Below, piece after piece: positions 19,615 to 29,346 of a stretch of 64,000 bases of DNA. The translations under genes were made by a program, and so were the position numbers. The notes below the pieces were generated by a model. That model ran no database searches and was not told where the DNA came from. It saw nothing but the letters and a program-made list of their open reading frames with translations. This DNA comes from an uncultured Bacteroidota bacterium (lineage in GTDB: Bacteria > Bacteroidota > Ignavibacteria > UBA10030 > UBA6906): the NCBI GenBank assembly GCA_963700635.1, contig CAVOYH010000003.1:1056001-1120000 (forward strand), given 5' to 3'. Each line of letters starts with the position of its first letter. Within the stretch, counting starts at the first letter, position 1.

Positions 19615-21219
19615 ATGAATCGCAGACTGTTTCTCAAACGCGCTGTGCCCGTCAGCACTGTACCGTTTCTGCTTGGCGGCTTTTCCCTTCATGCCTTCGG
19701 GCGTTCTCCTTTTCTGGATCAACTGACCGCTCTTGCCGCGGAGACAGACCGTGTGCTCGTGCTGATACAGTTAAACGGCGGTAATGACGGGTTGAATATG
19801 GTGATACCGCGTGACCAGTATCAGGCGCTCGCCGCGGCCCGGTCCAATATCTTGATACCGGAGGCAAAAGTCCTTCCGCTTACGAGCGTCACGGGGCTGC
19901 ATCCATCGATGACCGGACTGCATGCGTTGTATCAGGAGGGAAAGCTTACGGTGCTGCAGAGTGTCGGCTACCCTAATCCGAACTTTTCGCATTTTCGGGC
20001 GACCGACATCTGGCTCACCGGTTCCGATTCGAATCAGATCCTGACAACCGGCTGGCTCGGGCGGTATCTCAACGAAGAGTATCCCGGATTCCCGTCGGGA
20101 TATCCGACGACTGCCATGCCCGACCCGCTGGCGATTCAAATCGGGTCGGTCGTCTCGCCGACATTACACGGGCCAAGCACCTCGATGGGATTGGCGATCA
20201 CGAATCCGAATACATCATACATCCTTCCCGGCGGAGCTGACACACCGCCCCCCACGCCCGCAGGGCATGAACTTGCATTTGTCCGGGAAGTGGCACAGCA
20301 GACTTCCCAGTATGCGTCGGTGATAAAGACTGCGGCAGGCAAAGGGAAAAATCTGTCGGCATTGTATCCCGCGGCCGGGAGCAACTCCCTGGCCGATCAG
20401 ATGAAGATTGTGGCGCAGTTGATTTCCGGCGGACTCAAAACCCGTGTGTACGTGGTGAGTCTTGGCGGTTTTGACACCCACTCGGGCCAGGTGGTTGGCG
20501 GGGCAACCGATACGGGCACCCATGCGACATTGCTGGGGCGTGTGTCAACGGCTATCGCCGCATTTATGGATGATGTGAAGTTGCAGGGGTATGAACAGAA
20601 GGTGCTTGGCTTGACGTTTTCTGAATTCGGGAGGCGGATCAAGTCAAATGCGAGCACGGGCACCGACCATGGTGCTGCGGCGCCGCTGTTTGTCTTCGGT
20701 GCGGGTGTGCAGGGGGGTATCCTGGGGTCCAATCCGGTTCTTCCGGCGTCGGCAACCACCAGCGATAACATCCCCATGCAGTTCGATTATCGGCGGGTGT
20801 ATGCGGCCATCGTCCGGGACTGGTTTGGCGCTACGGCGACACAGCTCTCGACCATTTTGCCCGGGCATCAGCCGTTGCCGATCATCAGAGCCGACATCGC
20901 GCTGGGTGTACAGCAGGATGGTCTTCCTGAGCGGTATTCCCTCAGACAAAACTATCCGAACCCGTTTAACGGGGAGACAAGAATTGGTTTTGATCTGCCG
21001 GCGGGGGTGAATCGCGGTGATGCACAGGGTGGCGGGCGGGTGACGCTCAAGGTCTACGACGTTGCAGGCAGGGAAGTAGCGACTCTTGTGGACGGACCGC
21101 TGGTTCCCGGACAGCACGAAGTAGTCTTTAATGCGTCCCGTTTGTCAAGCGGCATGTACGTGTACCGGTTGAAAGCGGGAAGCCATGATGAAACGAAGCG
21201 CATGGTGCTGGTGCGGTAG
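19615..21219 (+). CDS. DUF1501 family protein with Tat motif and T9SS type-A C-terminal domain
   Basis: MNRRLFLK; LVLIQLNGGNDGLN; GYPNPNFSHFRA; GGFDTH; FSEFGRR; GTDHG; tail QNYPNPFN...LSSGMYVYRL. Confidence 0.88.
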   Translation: MNRRLFLKRAVPVSTVPFLLGGFSLHAFGRSPFLDQLTALAAETDRVLVLIQLNGGNDGLNMVIPRDQYQALAAARSNILIPEAKVLPLTSVTGLHPSMTGLHALYQEGKLTVLQSVGYPNPNFSHFRATDIWLTGSDSNQILTTGWLGRYLNEEYPGFPSGYPTTAMPDPLAIQIGSVVSPTLHGPSTSMGLAITNPNTSYILPGGADTPPPTPAGHELAFVREVAQQTSQYASVIKTAAGKGKNLSALYPAAGSNSLADQMKIVAQLISGGLKTRVYVVSLGGFDTHSGQVVGGATDTGTHATLLGRVSTAIAAFMDDVKLQGYEQKVLGLTFSEFGRRIKSNASTGTDHGAAAPLFVFGAGVQGGILGSNPVLPASATTSDNIPMQFDYRRVYAAIVRDWFGATATQLSTILPGHQPLPIIRADIALGVQQDGLPERYSLRQNYPNPFNGETRIGFDLPAGVNRGDAQGGGRVTLKVYDVAGREVATLVDGPLVPGQHEVVFNASRLSSGMYVYRLKAGSHDETKRMVLVR

Positions 21220-21228
21220 GTGGTGCGG

Positions 21229-21582
21229 CTAGGTTCCCCCGTTATTGTTCCCGCCGTTTCCGTTGTTCGGTCCGGCTCCGTTGTTCGGCTGAGCTCCGTT
21301 GTCCCGCCCGTTTCCGTTGCGCCGGGAGCGGAATAGTGCCCTCATCAGACGTTCTTCGGAACGAAACGTCCTTCGATCGCCGTCGATGAAGTAGAACTCT
21401 CTCTCTCTGGCGGCAAAGAGAATCGGATTACGCCTTGTCATGACCTGTTTCTGGACTCGCAGCACATTATCCCGGTAGATCACGCAGTGGTGCCGCGGGA
21501 GGTAGATACTGGAGGCGTACTTCCATAGAGGCGCAGCGGGTGGAACCGATGTCTCTACGGTGCTCAAGGTCAGTTTCATCAT
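21229..21582 (-). CDS. Small hypothetical protein with Asn/Gly low-complexity tail
   Basis: 117-aa ORF ending NGNGRDNGAQPNNGAGPNNGNGGNNNGG. Confidence 0.5.
   Translation of the reverse strand: MMKLTLSTVETSVPPAAPLWKYASSIYLPRHHCVIYRDNVLRVQKQVMTRRNPILFAAREREFYFIDGDRRTFRSEERLMRALFRSRRNGNGRDNGAQPNNGAGPNNGNGGNNNGGT
21260..21320. repeat. Degenerate 18-bp tandem repeat (coding)
   Basis: CCGTTG recurs at 21260, 21278, 21296 and 21314; encodes the Asn/Gly hexapeptides. Confidence 0.7.
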
Positions 21583-21665
21583 GCGTGCAGGTCGGATGTG
21601 GGTTGAGTGGAGGTAAGATAAGGCTGGAGCACCTGCTTAACCGTGACCGCGGGCACACGGTGGAG

Positions 21666-21694
21666 TTGAAACGGGGGGGAAAGTTGTGTATATT
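21666..21694 (+). promoter_or_regulatory. Sigma-70-type promoter of tRNA-Pro
   Basis: TTGAAA-N17-TATATT. Confidence 0.6.
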
Positions 21695-21732
21695 TAGAGC
21701 GTTCTTCAGTCGGAACTGAGACTGATGAGAAT

Positions 21733-21806
21733 CGGGGCGTAGCTCAGCCCGGCAGAGCGCTTGCTTTGGGAGCAAGAAGTCGCAGGTTCAAATCCTGTCG
21801 CCCCGA
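21733..21806 (+). tRNA. tRNA-Pro(TGG)
   Basis: CGGGGCG acceptor stem; anticodon arm CTTGC-TTTGGGA-GCAAG; GTTCAAATC T-loop; CCA not encoded. Confidence 0.95.
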
Positions 21807-21963
21807 CGAATTACTTCAAGTTGATCCCACAGAACCTCCTACACACTCCCGCTCACTTCTCCAGCTCCACCGGACGAACAATTGACTTTCCGTGTTGGGC
21901 TGGGTACCTTCCTTTGCACAGACTGTGCGTCATCCAACAGCGAGAGACAGATCCCCCTGCGCG

Positions 21964-22449
21964 ATGGAACACGCTGAACACCCGCCGCGGTCATTGGTGC
22001 TACGCAGGTTCGAGCACGAGGTTGTCGAGCTCCTACCTGCAAATATTTCTACGGAAGGATCGCCCAATCCGGCTGCAGCCTGCCGGATAACAACTCACAC
22101 AGACGGAGACACCCGGGTCTACACAGTGCTCCTTCCCGAAAGTCTCATCGTCCATCCCGTAGACTGGAGACGATTCTCATACGATCACGCAAAGGTGTGC
22201 GAGCTCCTGTCGTTATGTGTTCGGGATAATCTTATGTCAGCACGGTTGAGCCCTGGTCAGATGAGCTCAGAGAAAGAGGTAGAAGCTACGTTGATGGTGG
22301 CCCTGGGCGATTTGAGTTCTCTCTTCGATCTGGAGTCCTTGCGTGCCGAATTGAAGGAGGGTAGCACGATGCAGATCACACTAAGGGGAGAACACAAGAA
22401 TGGCGAACGCAAAACCTATTGTGTTGTCGTCGAACGTGATTCGGTCTAA
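21964..22449 (+). CDS. Hypothetical protein
   Basis: Open frame between tRNA-Pro and the methyltransferase; start uncertain. Confidence 0.5.
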   Translation: MEHAEHPPRSLVLRRFEHEVVELLPANISTEGSPNPAAACRITTHTDGDTRVYTVLLPESLIVHPVDWRRFSYDHAKVCELLSLCVRDNLMSARLSPGQMSSEKEVEATLMVALGDLSSLFDLESLRAELKEGSTMQITLRGEHKNGERKTYCVVVERDSV

Positions 22450-22472
22450 CGGGATAAGAGGAATCGGGAATC

Positions 22473-23198
22473 ATGGACCAGATCGTGGAACGCGGAAAAC
22501 CTGCCGAGTACGGGCAGGAACTCGTCAAACGGCGGGCGCGGATCACGGCCGCGTTAGTTTCGTTACGCAACAGATTGGTCCTTGATTTTGGATGTGGCAA
22601 TGGTGCACAAACAATCGAATTGGCGAAACATGGATGCCAGATCGTGGCCTGTGACATCGATCCCGCTGACCTGGAGGTTCTTGCCGGGTATGCCGCAGTG
22701 AACAAGGTTGCCTCGGTTAAGACCGTGTTGTACGACGGAACACGTTTGCCTGCTCCGGATGCACATTTTGATGCGCTTGTCAGCTATGCAGTGCTGGAGC
22801 ATGTCGAGGACGAAAACAATGCGCTTGATGAGATGTTTCGTGTTCTGAAGAGTTCGGGACACCTGGTCATGTCCGTCCCCAACAAATGGTGGATATTTGA
22901 AACTCACGGGGCCCGGTTACCTCTTCTGCCATGGAATCGGGTACCATTCTTTTCATGGCTCCCGAAAAACATACACGCCAGATTCGCAAAAGCGAGAATT
23001 TATACAAGGCATGAGATCACAACCCGATTAAGCGAGCACGGGTTTGAGATCGTTGATACGTACTACATGACGGCTCCGATGGATGTTGTCAGATCGCCAA
23101 TGGTGAAGGAATTGCTGCGCAAGACGGTTTTCAGGAATGATGTGACCCGTATCCCAATGCTCTCGACAGAAATCTTTGTTCACTGCAGGAAAAAGTAG
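22473..23198 (+). CDS. Class I SAM-dependent methyltransferase
   Basis: VLDFGCGNG, FDALVSYAVLEHV, EMFRVLKSSG, SVPNKWW. Confidence 0.88.
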   Translation: MDQIVERGKPAEYGQELVKRRARITAALVSLRNRLVLDFGCGNGAQTIELAKHGCQIVACDIDPADLEVLAGYAAVNKVASVKTVLYDGTRLPAPDAHFDALVSYAVLEHVEDENNALDEMFRVLKSSGHLVMSVPNKWWIFETHGARLPLLPWNRVPFFSWLPKNIHARFAKARIYTRHEITTRLSEHGFEIVDTYYMTAPMDVVRSPMVKELLRKTVFRNDVTRIPMLSTEIFVHCRKK

Positions 23199-23234
23199 GG
23201 TTACCCGGGGATGCCGGAATGCGACCCGCTTCTT

Positions 23235-23263
23235 TTGCAAATTTCTCGGGAATTTCTTATACT
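23235..23263 (+). promoter_or_regulatory. Sigma-70-type promoter of tRNA-Arg/tRNA-Glu
   Basis: TTGCAA-N17-TATACT. Confidence 0.65.
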
Positions 23264-23317
23264 TAATACTCTTGTGCGGTCGGTCAAGGCCGGCCCCCGT
23301 TGTGCGCCTGGAATCAC

Positions 23318-23390
23318 GGCCCCGTAGCTCAACGGATAGAGCAACAGCCTTCTAAGCTGTAGGTTCCGCGTTCGAGTCGCGGCGGGGTCA
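23318..23390 (+). tRNA. tRNA-Arg(TCT)
   Basis: GGCCCCG/CGGGGTC acceptor; ACAGC-CTTCTAA-GCTGT anticodon arm; GTTCGAG T-loop. Confidence 0.95.
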
Positions 23391-23428
23391 CACGCTTTCG
23401 GCATGGCGCCGCAGGTAATACAAGCACC

Positions 23429-23501
23429 GCCCCCATCGTCTAGAGGCCTAGGACACGGGCTTTTCAAGCCTGTAACACGAGTTCGAATCTCGTTGGGGGC
23501 A
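23429..23501 (+). tRNA. tRNA-Glu(TTC)
   Basis: GCCCCCA/TGGGGGC acceptor; CGGGC-TTTTCAA-GCCTG anticodon arm; GTTCGAATC T-loop. Confidence 0.95.
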
Positions 23502-23603
23502 CACGACTTACAACTGCTCCAGTTCACCTGTTAACAAATCTGCTAACACTTTTTTAGTAGAGAGGCAGGCATGCCTCGCCGAGCACGCCGTGGGGGGCGC
23601 ATC

Positions 23604-24068
23604 ATGAGTCAGGCAACGAACGCTTCAGAGACAAGCAAGAGCGAGGCTGCGCCGGCATATCACGGAAGTTGTTTTGCGTGCGGAGCGGACAACGCCGATG
23701 GGCTGCACCTGCAGTTCACGACCACAGGGAAAAGGAACACAGGCACCCTTGTCATCGACGCGCGTTTTCAGGGATATGACAACATCGCTCAAGGAGGCAT
23801 CGTCGCCACGATCTTGGATTCCGCCATGGTGCGATTGCTGCGTGCACTCCACGGAGGCAATCCCATGACCGGCCGCCTGGATATTCGATTTCTTACACCG
23901 ACACCCCTGCACAGACCGCTCACCGTCAATGCGTCGATCTTGAACCAACGCGGAGACACGTTCTGGGCAGAGGCGAAGATACTCGAAGGAACAACCTGTT
24001 GTGCAATAGCAAAAGGTGTATTCAGAATTCAGTGCCACCACTCACCCGGTCCTCTCAACCCTCCCTAA
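23604..24068 (+). CDS. PaaI family (hotdog-fold) thioesterase
   Basis: CFACGADNADGL, FQGYDNIAQGGIVATILDSAM, LDIRFLTPTP. Confidence 0.8.
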   Translation: MSQATNASETSKSEAAPAYHGSCFACGADNADGLHLQFTTTGKRNTGTLVIDARFQGYDNIAQGGIVATILDSAMVRLLRALHGGNPMTGRLDIRFLTPTPLHRPLTVNASILNQRGDTFWAEAKILEGTTCCAIAKGVFRIQCHHSPGPLNPP

Positions 24069-24069
24069 G

Positions 24070-24180
24070 AACCACCTGCTCGTCACCTATTGCGACGGCG
24101 AAGGCTGCAATTCAAGCGTGGAGCCTCCCAAACGGCTCTACGAGTCAGGATTCACTAACGTGAAGGTCTTCTTCTCGGAT
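24070..24180 (+). pseudogene. Rhodanese-domain fragment
   Basis: LLVTYCDGEGCNSSVE...LYESGFTNVKVFF; N-terminus missing. Confidence 0.65.
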
Positions 24181-24305
24181 TGCTCGTACGCGGAAGTTCC
24201 CTTCTGGTCCTGATCATGCTCAATGTGTTCACCATCGTGGTGTTCTCCGCCCTCTGGCAAGGATTGGACATCTCATGCGGATACTACACGCAGGATCCGG
24301 CGGCA
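24180..24305 (+). pseudogene. MauE/DoxX membrane protein C-terminal fragment
   Basis: VFTIVVFSALWQGLDISCGYYTQDP resembles the MauE GLDIxCGCF motif. Confidence 0.55.
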
Positions 24306-24335
24306 GAATTGAGGTGTTGCGCATTCTCTCTGACT

Positions 24336-25177
24336 CTAGTACCCCACTGCAAAGAGCGCCAGTCCGATGATCAGCCCGAACGTCAGATTAAAAAGCTTGA
24401 TTCTCACGGAATCTTTCAGTGAAAACGAAAGCATGGGGAGCATGCCGTGGCCATCCTGGACAATGGAACTGGTGAGGAGGACCGAAAACGGTATGAGCCC
24501 CTGGGCGAACAACGTCACAATGATCAGATGCGGCCCGGACTCGGGAATCAGCCCAACCAGAGCGCCGAGGAAGAGAAACGCTATCCGGTATTCGGATGTG
24601 AACGCTTCCATGTGCAGGTACTGAAGGCCGAACTCAACAATCGTCAGCGCACCAAACGTCCAGAGCGCAGTCTTCCAGAGATGTTTCTTGACAATGTGCT
24701 CGATGACGTGCACCTTCACATAGTGCGAGAAACTCCGCTCTGTGGAATGCGTCACCATTTCATTGCAATTCTCACACGTCTTGATATGCAGTCTCTTCAC
24801 CACGATATCAATTACCCACCCTCCAAACACACCGATCACAAAGAGAACCCCGAAGAGAAGCAGAGCCTCTCGCGGGAACATCGCCAGCATCACAAAAGCT
24901 TCATCACCCGACACGGCGATCATTGAACCTGCCAATGCCCCGAAGCTGATCAGCCCATGCATATAGAGGGACACATTCGTGAATCCTCCGATACATCCCG
25001 GGACGGTGCCGATCAGTGAGGAGAAACGTACTGGCGGAGTGTGGTCTTCTCCTGAAAGAACGATGCAACCCGTCTCTTCGTCCAGACATTCAGGAGATCC
25101 ACCAGAATCATCATCACTGCAACGAGTATGGTGATCTGAAGCGTTTCCAGCACCAGTTCTTGCACGACCGTCAGCAT
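24336..25177 (-). pseudogene. Putative manganese/metal permease (DUF2899/ArsP_2-like), frameshifted near 25000
   Basis: N-part LETLQITILVAVMMILVDLLN; C-part LYMHGLISFGAL..GDEAFVM, GLIPESGPHL, SSIVQDGHGMLP. Confidence 0.7.
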
Positions 25178-25373
25178 GTCATCTTTTTGGATTTGTTCAT
25201 GGCACCACAGCGCACACGGATGCGCTAGTCTTCGGTTTCGATCCACATCGACAGACCGTGCTCGGAAACAAGCCCTTCACCGGCCTGGTTGTCGACCAGA
25301 ATCGTTACCTGCACATGAGCAGTCGTCATGGAAGCTTCCATACCTACCCGCGTTCCGGCATCAACGGGGGAGG

Positions 25374-25712
25374 TCAGTGGTCACAGGCGTTGGACCCCAC
25401 CTGCAGCGTCTTTGCCAGATAGGCTGCCACCAGTGCGTCCGGTGTCTCGGCTGGAGCGCCCACCACAACTTCGATCCCCTGTTGGGTGAAAAGGCTCTGT
25501 GCTCGTTGCCCCATGCCTCCGGCGATAATCAGATTCGCACCCCGTTCTGCAAGCCACCCCGGCAAGAGTCCCGGCTCGTGCGGAGGGGCGTCGATGTTCT
25601 CACGTTTGAGTATCTTCTTTGTCGCGGGGTCCACATCGACGAGGGCAAAACACTCACAGTGCCCGAAATGCATCGACAATTTCCCGTCCGCTAGTGGAAT
25701 GGCAATTTTCAT
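25374..25712 (-). CDS. NifB/NifX family (FeMo-cofactor-binding-like) protein
   Basis: MKIAIPLADGKLSMHFGHCECF...PPHEPGLLP...IIAGGMGQRA...GSNACDH. Confidence 0.85.
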   Translation of the reverse strand: MKIAIPLADGKLSMHFGHCECFALVDVDPATKKILKRENIDAPPHEPGLLPGWLAERGANLIIAGGMGQRAQSLFTQQGIEVVVGAPAETPDALVAAYLAKTLQVGSNACDH

Positions 25713-25731
25713 CTGTTTCTTTCCTTACGTA

Positions 25732-26145
25732 TTATGGTTTTCGCACTTCTTTCGATGACGATGATTTTGTTTTCAAATATTCCTCGCACACCGCCTTGAG
25801 AGTAATCGCAGCCAGGAGGGCACAGTGCTCGGACTCTGGTGGAAACCCACCCAGAGCATCCAAGATATCTCGTTGCCGCATGACTGCCGCATCTTCCACG
25901 CGCTTACCCTCAGCCAGGACCGTTGCCATACTTCCGCATGCCAGGGAAGAGCCGCATCCATCTGTAATGAATGATGTCTTTTCCACATTGCCGTTTCGAA
26001 CAGACAACCAGAACTGCATGGTGTCTCCACAGGGTCCGGTAACTCTCGCGACGGCGTCGAAATCCTTCAACGGCCCATGATTTCGTGGGTTCGTCGCGTG
26101 ATCCATGGGCACTGCGGAAAAACCATTAAGATGACCGCATCCCAT
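25732..26145 (-). CDS. NifU/IscU-like Fe-S scaffold domain protein (start uncertain)
   Basis: NPRNHG, TGPCGDTM, DGCGSSLACGS, EHCALLA. Confidence 0.8.
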   Translation of the reverse strand: MGCGHLNGFSAVPMDHATNPRNHGPLKDFDAVARVTGPCGDTMQFWLSVRNGNVEKTSFITDGCGSSLACGSMATVLAEGKRVEDAAVMRQRDILDALGGFPPESEHCALLAAITLKAVCEEYLKTKSSSSKEVRKP

Positions 26146-26160
26146 ATTTCTTGTTCCCTC

Positions 26161-27043
26161 CTACAAAGAAAGTTGTCGCCATATATGATGAATGTCCTCT
26201 GCACACGCGGCCCCGGTCTCCACAACAGCCCGCTCCTGCATCTGGGCCAGGGTTACAGAGCGGTCGTATCGAATGCGGCCCGCAATCCGTGCGCCGTTTC
26301 GCTGCGCCTTGTCCTCGATTCGCTCCGTCATTTCCGGATTAAGGTCCCACTTGTTTACACAGACCGCCGCCGGCACGTTGAAGTGACGCGTCAGGGAGAG
26401 AACCCGTTCCATGTCATGCTCGCCGGAGACCGTTGGTTCCGTGACCACCAACACGAGCGATGCACCGGTCACCGAAGCGATCACCGGACAGCCGATACCC
26501 GGGGGACCGTCCACGATGATGAGGGAATGATGCCCTTCCTCCGCAATCCGTCGGGCCTCCTGGCGGACCGTGGAAACCAGCTTGCCCGAGTTTTCGGCCG
26601 CAACGCCCAGTCTGGCATGAACCATGGGGCCGCAGCGGGTTTCCGATATCATCCATTCGCCGCTCACCACTGTCTTGAATTCGATGGCATTTTCTGCACA
26701 GAACCGTACGCAGACGCCACAGCCCTCGCAGGCAATCGGGTCAATGCGATAGGTCCTGCTCACTCGGCCATTACCGTTCCCGTCGAAATATATCGCGCCG
26801 AAATTGCATAGCTCCTCACACTTACCGCAGGCGATACAGTGGCCGGCCATGATCCTGGCCTTTTCCCCTCCAAAGAACTTATTCCGCCGGGTGTTCTTCG
26901 GCCTCAGAACCAGATGCAGATCTGATGCGTCCACATCGCAGTCGGCGATGACCGGCCGGTTCGCCAGAACGGCGAACGAGGCGGTCGAGATGCTGGTCTT
27001 ACCCGTTCCACCCTTCCCGCTGACAACAACCGAATTCTTTCAT
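26161..27043 (-). pseudogene. MinD-family ATPase with inserted 4Fe-4S ferredoxin domain (copy 2), frameshifted at the 5' end
   Basis: VSGKGGTGKTS, ADCDVDASDLHL, CIACGKCEELC, CEGCGVCVRFC, ENSGKLV, DGPPGIGCPVIAS, VTEPTVSG. Confidence 0.8.
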
Positions 27044-27099
27044 CGCGATACCCCCCCGGAGTATCCTCCAGACCAGCTGCAGCGTAGAAGGTCTGTCGG

Positions 27100-27970
27100 T
27101 CGGGAGAAACCGAGTTTGCCTTTCCGGCAGCGATCAACACTTCGAGGCGTTTGAACTTCTCGATCAGACCCTCGAAGAGTCTCCGGTATTCCGGCAACGC
27201 CTCTACGATCAGCTCTCCTCTGGAGTAGGCTTCTGCAATCCGTCGGTCTTCGGGGATTTCCAGAAGGATGGTAATCCTTTCTTGCCTGCAGAACAGATGC
27301 ACCCGGTCGTCCCCGATTCCTACCCGGTTGACGACAACCCCAAAGGGTAATCCGAACTCCCGCACCGTGTCGACGGCGAGCCTGAGATCGTGTAGCCCGA
27401 AGGGGGTCGGCTCCGTGACGAGGAGAACGAAATCCGCGTCTCTGAGGGTAGTGATGACCGGGCACGAGGTTCCGGGAGGAGCATCCAGAATGGCGGGCAG
27501 GCCGCTTTGAACCGAGCCTTGACGTCGCGAATAAGGGGTGGAGCCATGACTCCCCGACGTCCATGCAGCCCTGGATCAGGGTGATATTCTCCGCCTGCAG
27601 CGTTTCCACCACACCGATGCGCTTTTCCACATCGTGAATTGCATACCCTCGGACAAACCAACGCACATCCCCCACAACCGTGGCACATTTCGGGAAAGAC
27701 AATCGCTTTGCTTCCGAACGAGACGATGGCGTGGTACGCGCACAAACGTCCGCACTCGCCGCAACCATCGCAAAGGGATTCGTCCACCTCCGGAATCGGA
27801 ATGGTGACGATTTCCTTCTTGATCGAGTCACCGTTCAGGAACAGGTGCGCATTTGGCTCTTCCACATCGCAGTCGAGTAGCTGAACATCGGATCCCCACA
27901 TCCGGGCCATGTTCACTGACACGGTCGTCTTGCCAGTGCCGCCTTTGCCTGAAGCGACGGCGAAAATCAT
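27100..27970 (-). pseudogene. MinD-family ATPase with inserted ferredoxin domain (copy 1), several frameshifts
   Basis: MIFAVASGKGGTGKTT, LDCDVEEPN, CDGCGECGRLC, CHGCGGCALVC; C-terminal GVVVNRVGIGD..IAEAYSRG in another frame; 3' end approximate. Confidence 0.8.
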
Positions 27971-28470
27971 GAGATACCTCCGCCGCTGTAACCCCGCCGG
28001 CCCAGTCGTTGAGCCGTTTCCTCGTCGACACCATCCTGCCACCCGTTGCGGGAGGTCCTGACGTAGTCGAACTTGGAGGTATAGGGCTTGATGTCGAGAA
28101 GCGGTGTTCCGTCCAGAATGTCCACGCCGTACGGGATCCAGAACATTGTTGTCGCGACGCACCAGTTCAACCACGCTTAAGCCGAAGGCGTTCGGGCGGC
28201 ACGGTGCTCGTGTAACGAATACGCCGCGCTTGATGTCCTGGAGAAACGGCTTGACCATCAGCTTGGTGGTGCAGGGCCTGGTGGAAGTGGTAGATGAGGT
28301 AGACATGCGAGAACCCTCCGAGATCGCGGAGTCCTTCTGCGAATTCCGTGAAGATCTTGGCTCCACCAGGCAGTCGGACGCATACACCGGCTGGATGGGT
28401 GTTTTCTCGGCGATACGTGTTCGCTCCGGATACACCGATGGGCTTGTAGAGGATTGACAGGTTCGTTCAT
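27967..28470 (-). pseudogene. tsaA: TsaA/TrmO-like tRNA m6t6A methyltransferase, frameshifted
   Basis: Fragments YKPIG, TPIQP, VKPFL..RGVFVTRAPCRPNAFGLSVV, GVDILDGTPLLDIKPY in different frames. Confidence 0.75.
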
Positions 28471-28835
28471 ATCCAGTGGCCTTCAACGTCGGCGTGCCGG
28501 CCTGCTATGAATTTTCCGTGCCTTAAGTAGTTCGAGAGCTTCCTCCACTCGTCGCGGGGCATCGTGTATGGAAAATCGTGATTCCGGCAGCCGGAGCACG
28601 GAAGGCCTTGGGCCGCAGTGGCCGGTAACGAGGCATTCCCGCCCGCCCTGGCGACGGTCTCTGCGCAGACTGGATGCCCGCTCCCTGGGCAGCATTGAGA
28701 TTCTGCTGGTTGTCGACCACCTCGAATGTTTCGCGATCCAGATCGTAGACGAGAAACTTCGGGGCACGCCCGAACCGAGGGTCTAATGGGGCGTGGAGGG
28801 CGGGTTGTACCTGAGGTTGTGAAGACGACTTTCAT
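28467..28835 (-). pseudogene. Second NifB/NifX family protein, frameshifted
   Basis: MKVVFTTSG...VDNQQNLNAAQGAGIQSA...LVTGHCGP...ADVEGHWI spread over frames. Confidence 0.7.
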
Positions 28836-28978
28836 GATCCTTCATTTTTGAACAGTCTGGTCACGCAGGCTCGATGTTCTCCTCGAGAAACGGTCGGTTG
28901 CAGTCCTCCGCCGCCCACGCAGCAGCCACGACGATCAAGGGGCCGACACGGCAAGTTAATGGTTTGCGCTTGATCTGG

Positions 28979-29158
28979 CTAACGGCGGGCGGGCCACGTG
29001 TATTCCGCAGCGTTCTTCGGTTCTATCTCACCAAGCCGCTTTTTTATAGAGTCCAACTCCGATTGCAAGGCCTCGGCCTCGACGACGTGAATCTGGTGCG
29101 CGGTGGCAAAGACCGGCGCCATCCGATTCTTACGGTATGCCAATGCCGTTTTCATCAT
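28979..29158 (-). pseudogene. Chimeric relic: NifX-like N-terminus joined to DUF5320-like C-terminus
   Basis: MKTALAYRKNRMAPVFATAHQIHVVE (NifX-like RIAPVFD motif) continues into AEALQSELDSIKKRLGEIE; GAGGCCGAGGCC repeat at the join. Confidence 0.5.
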
Positions 29159-29192
29159 TCGAGTCCTGACCATCGTTTACACCTGTGCATTC

Positions 29193-29209
29193 TGCAAGAG
29201 GAGTGCCAA
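29193..29209 (-). promoter_or_regulatory. Sigma-54 promoter of the NifX/MinD/NifU cluster
   Basis: Minus strand reads TTGGCACTCCTCTTGCA, a consensus -24/-12 element. Confidence 0.85.
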
Positions 29210-29296
29210 ACGCCAGAAGCCGGTCAGAATGCACTCGCAACGTATTGTAAACACAGGAGATATGGCGATGTGGAAAGATCGGGTGGGAGGGCGAGT

Positions 29297-29346
29297 GTAG
29301 CGATATTGCTACTGAAGCCTATGTACAATGGGTGCAGTAATGCTAC
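29297..29346. promoter_or_regulatory. Candidate bEBP enhancer sites
   Basis: Dyad GTAGC-GATATT-GCTAC (29297-29312) and related GTGCAGTAATGCTAC (29332-29346), about 90-135 bp upstream of the -24 element. Confidence 0.6.

Noticed and set aside
27320-28486. 388-aa TsaA-MinD fusion ORF
   Set aside because: Patchwork of in-frame and out-of-frame segments from frameshifted adjacent genes.
25374-29158. Nitrogen fixation cluster
   Set aside because: NifX-like and NifU-like domains occur widely outside nif clusters and no nifH/D/K/E/N is present.
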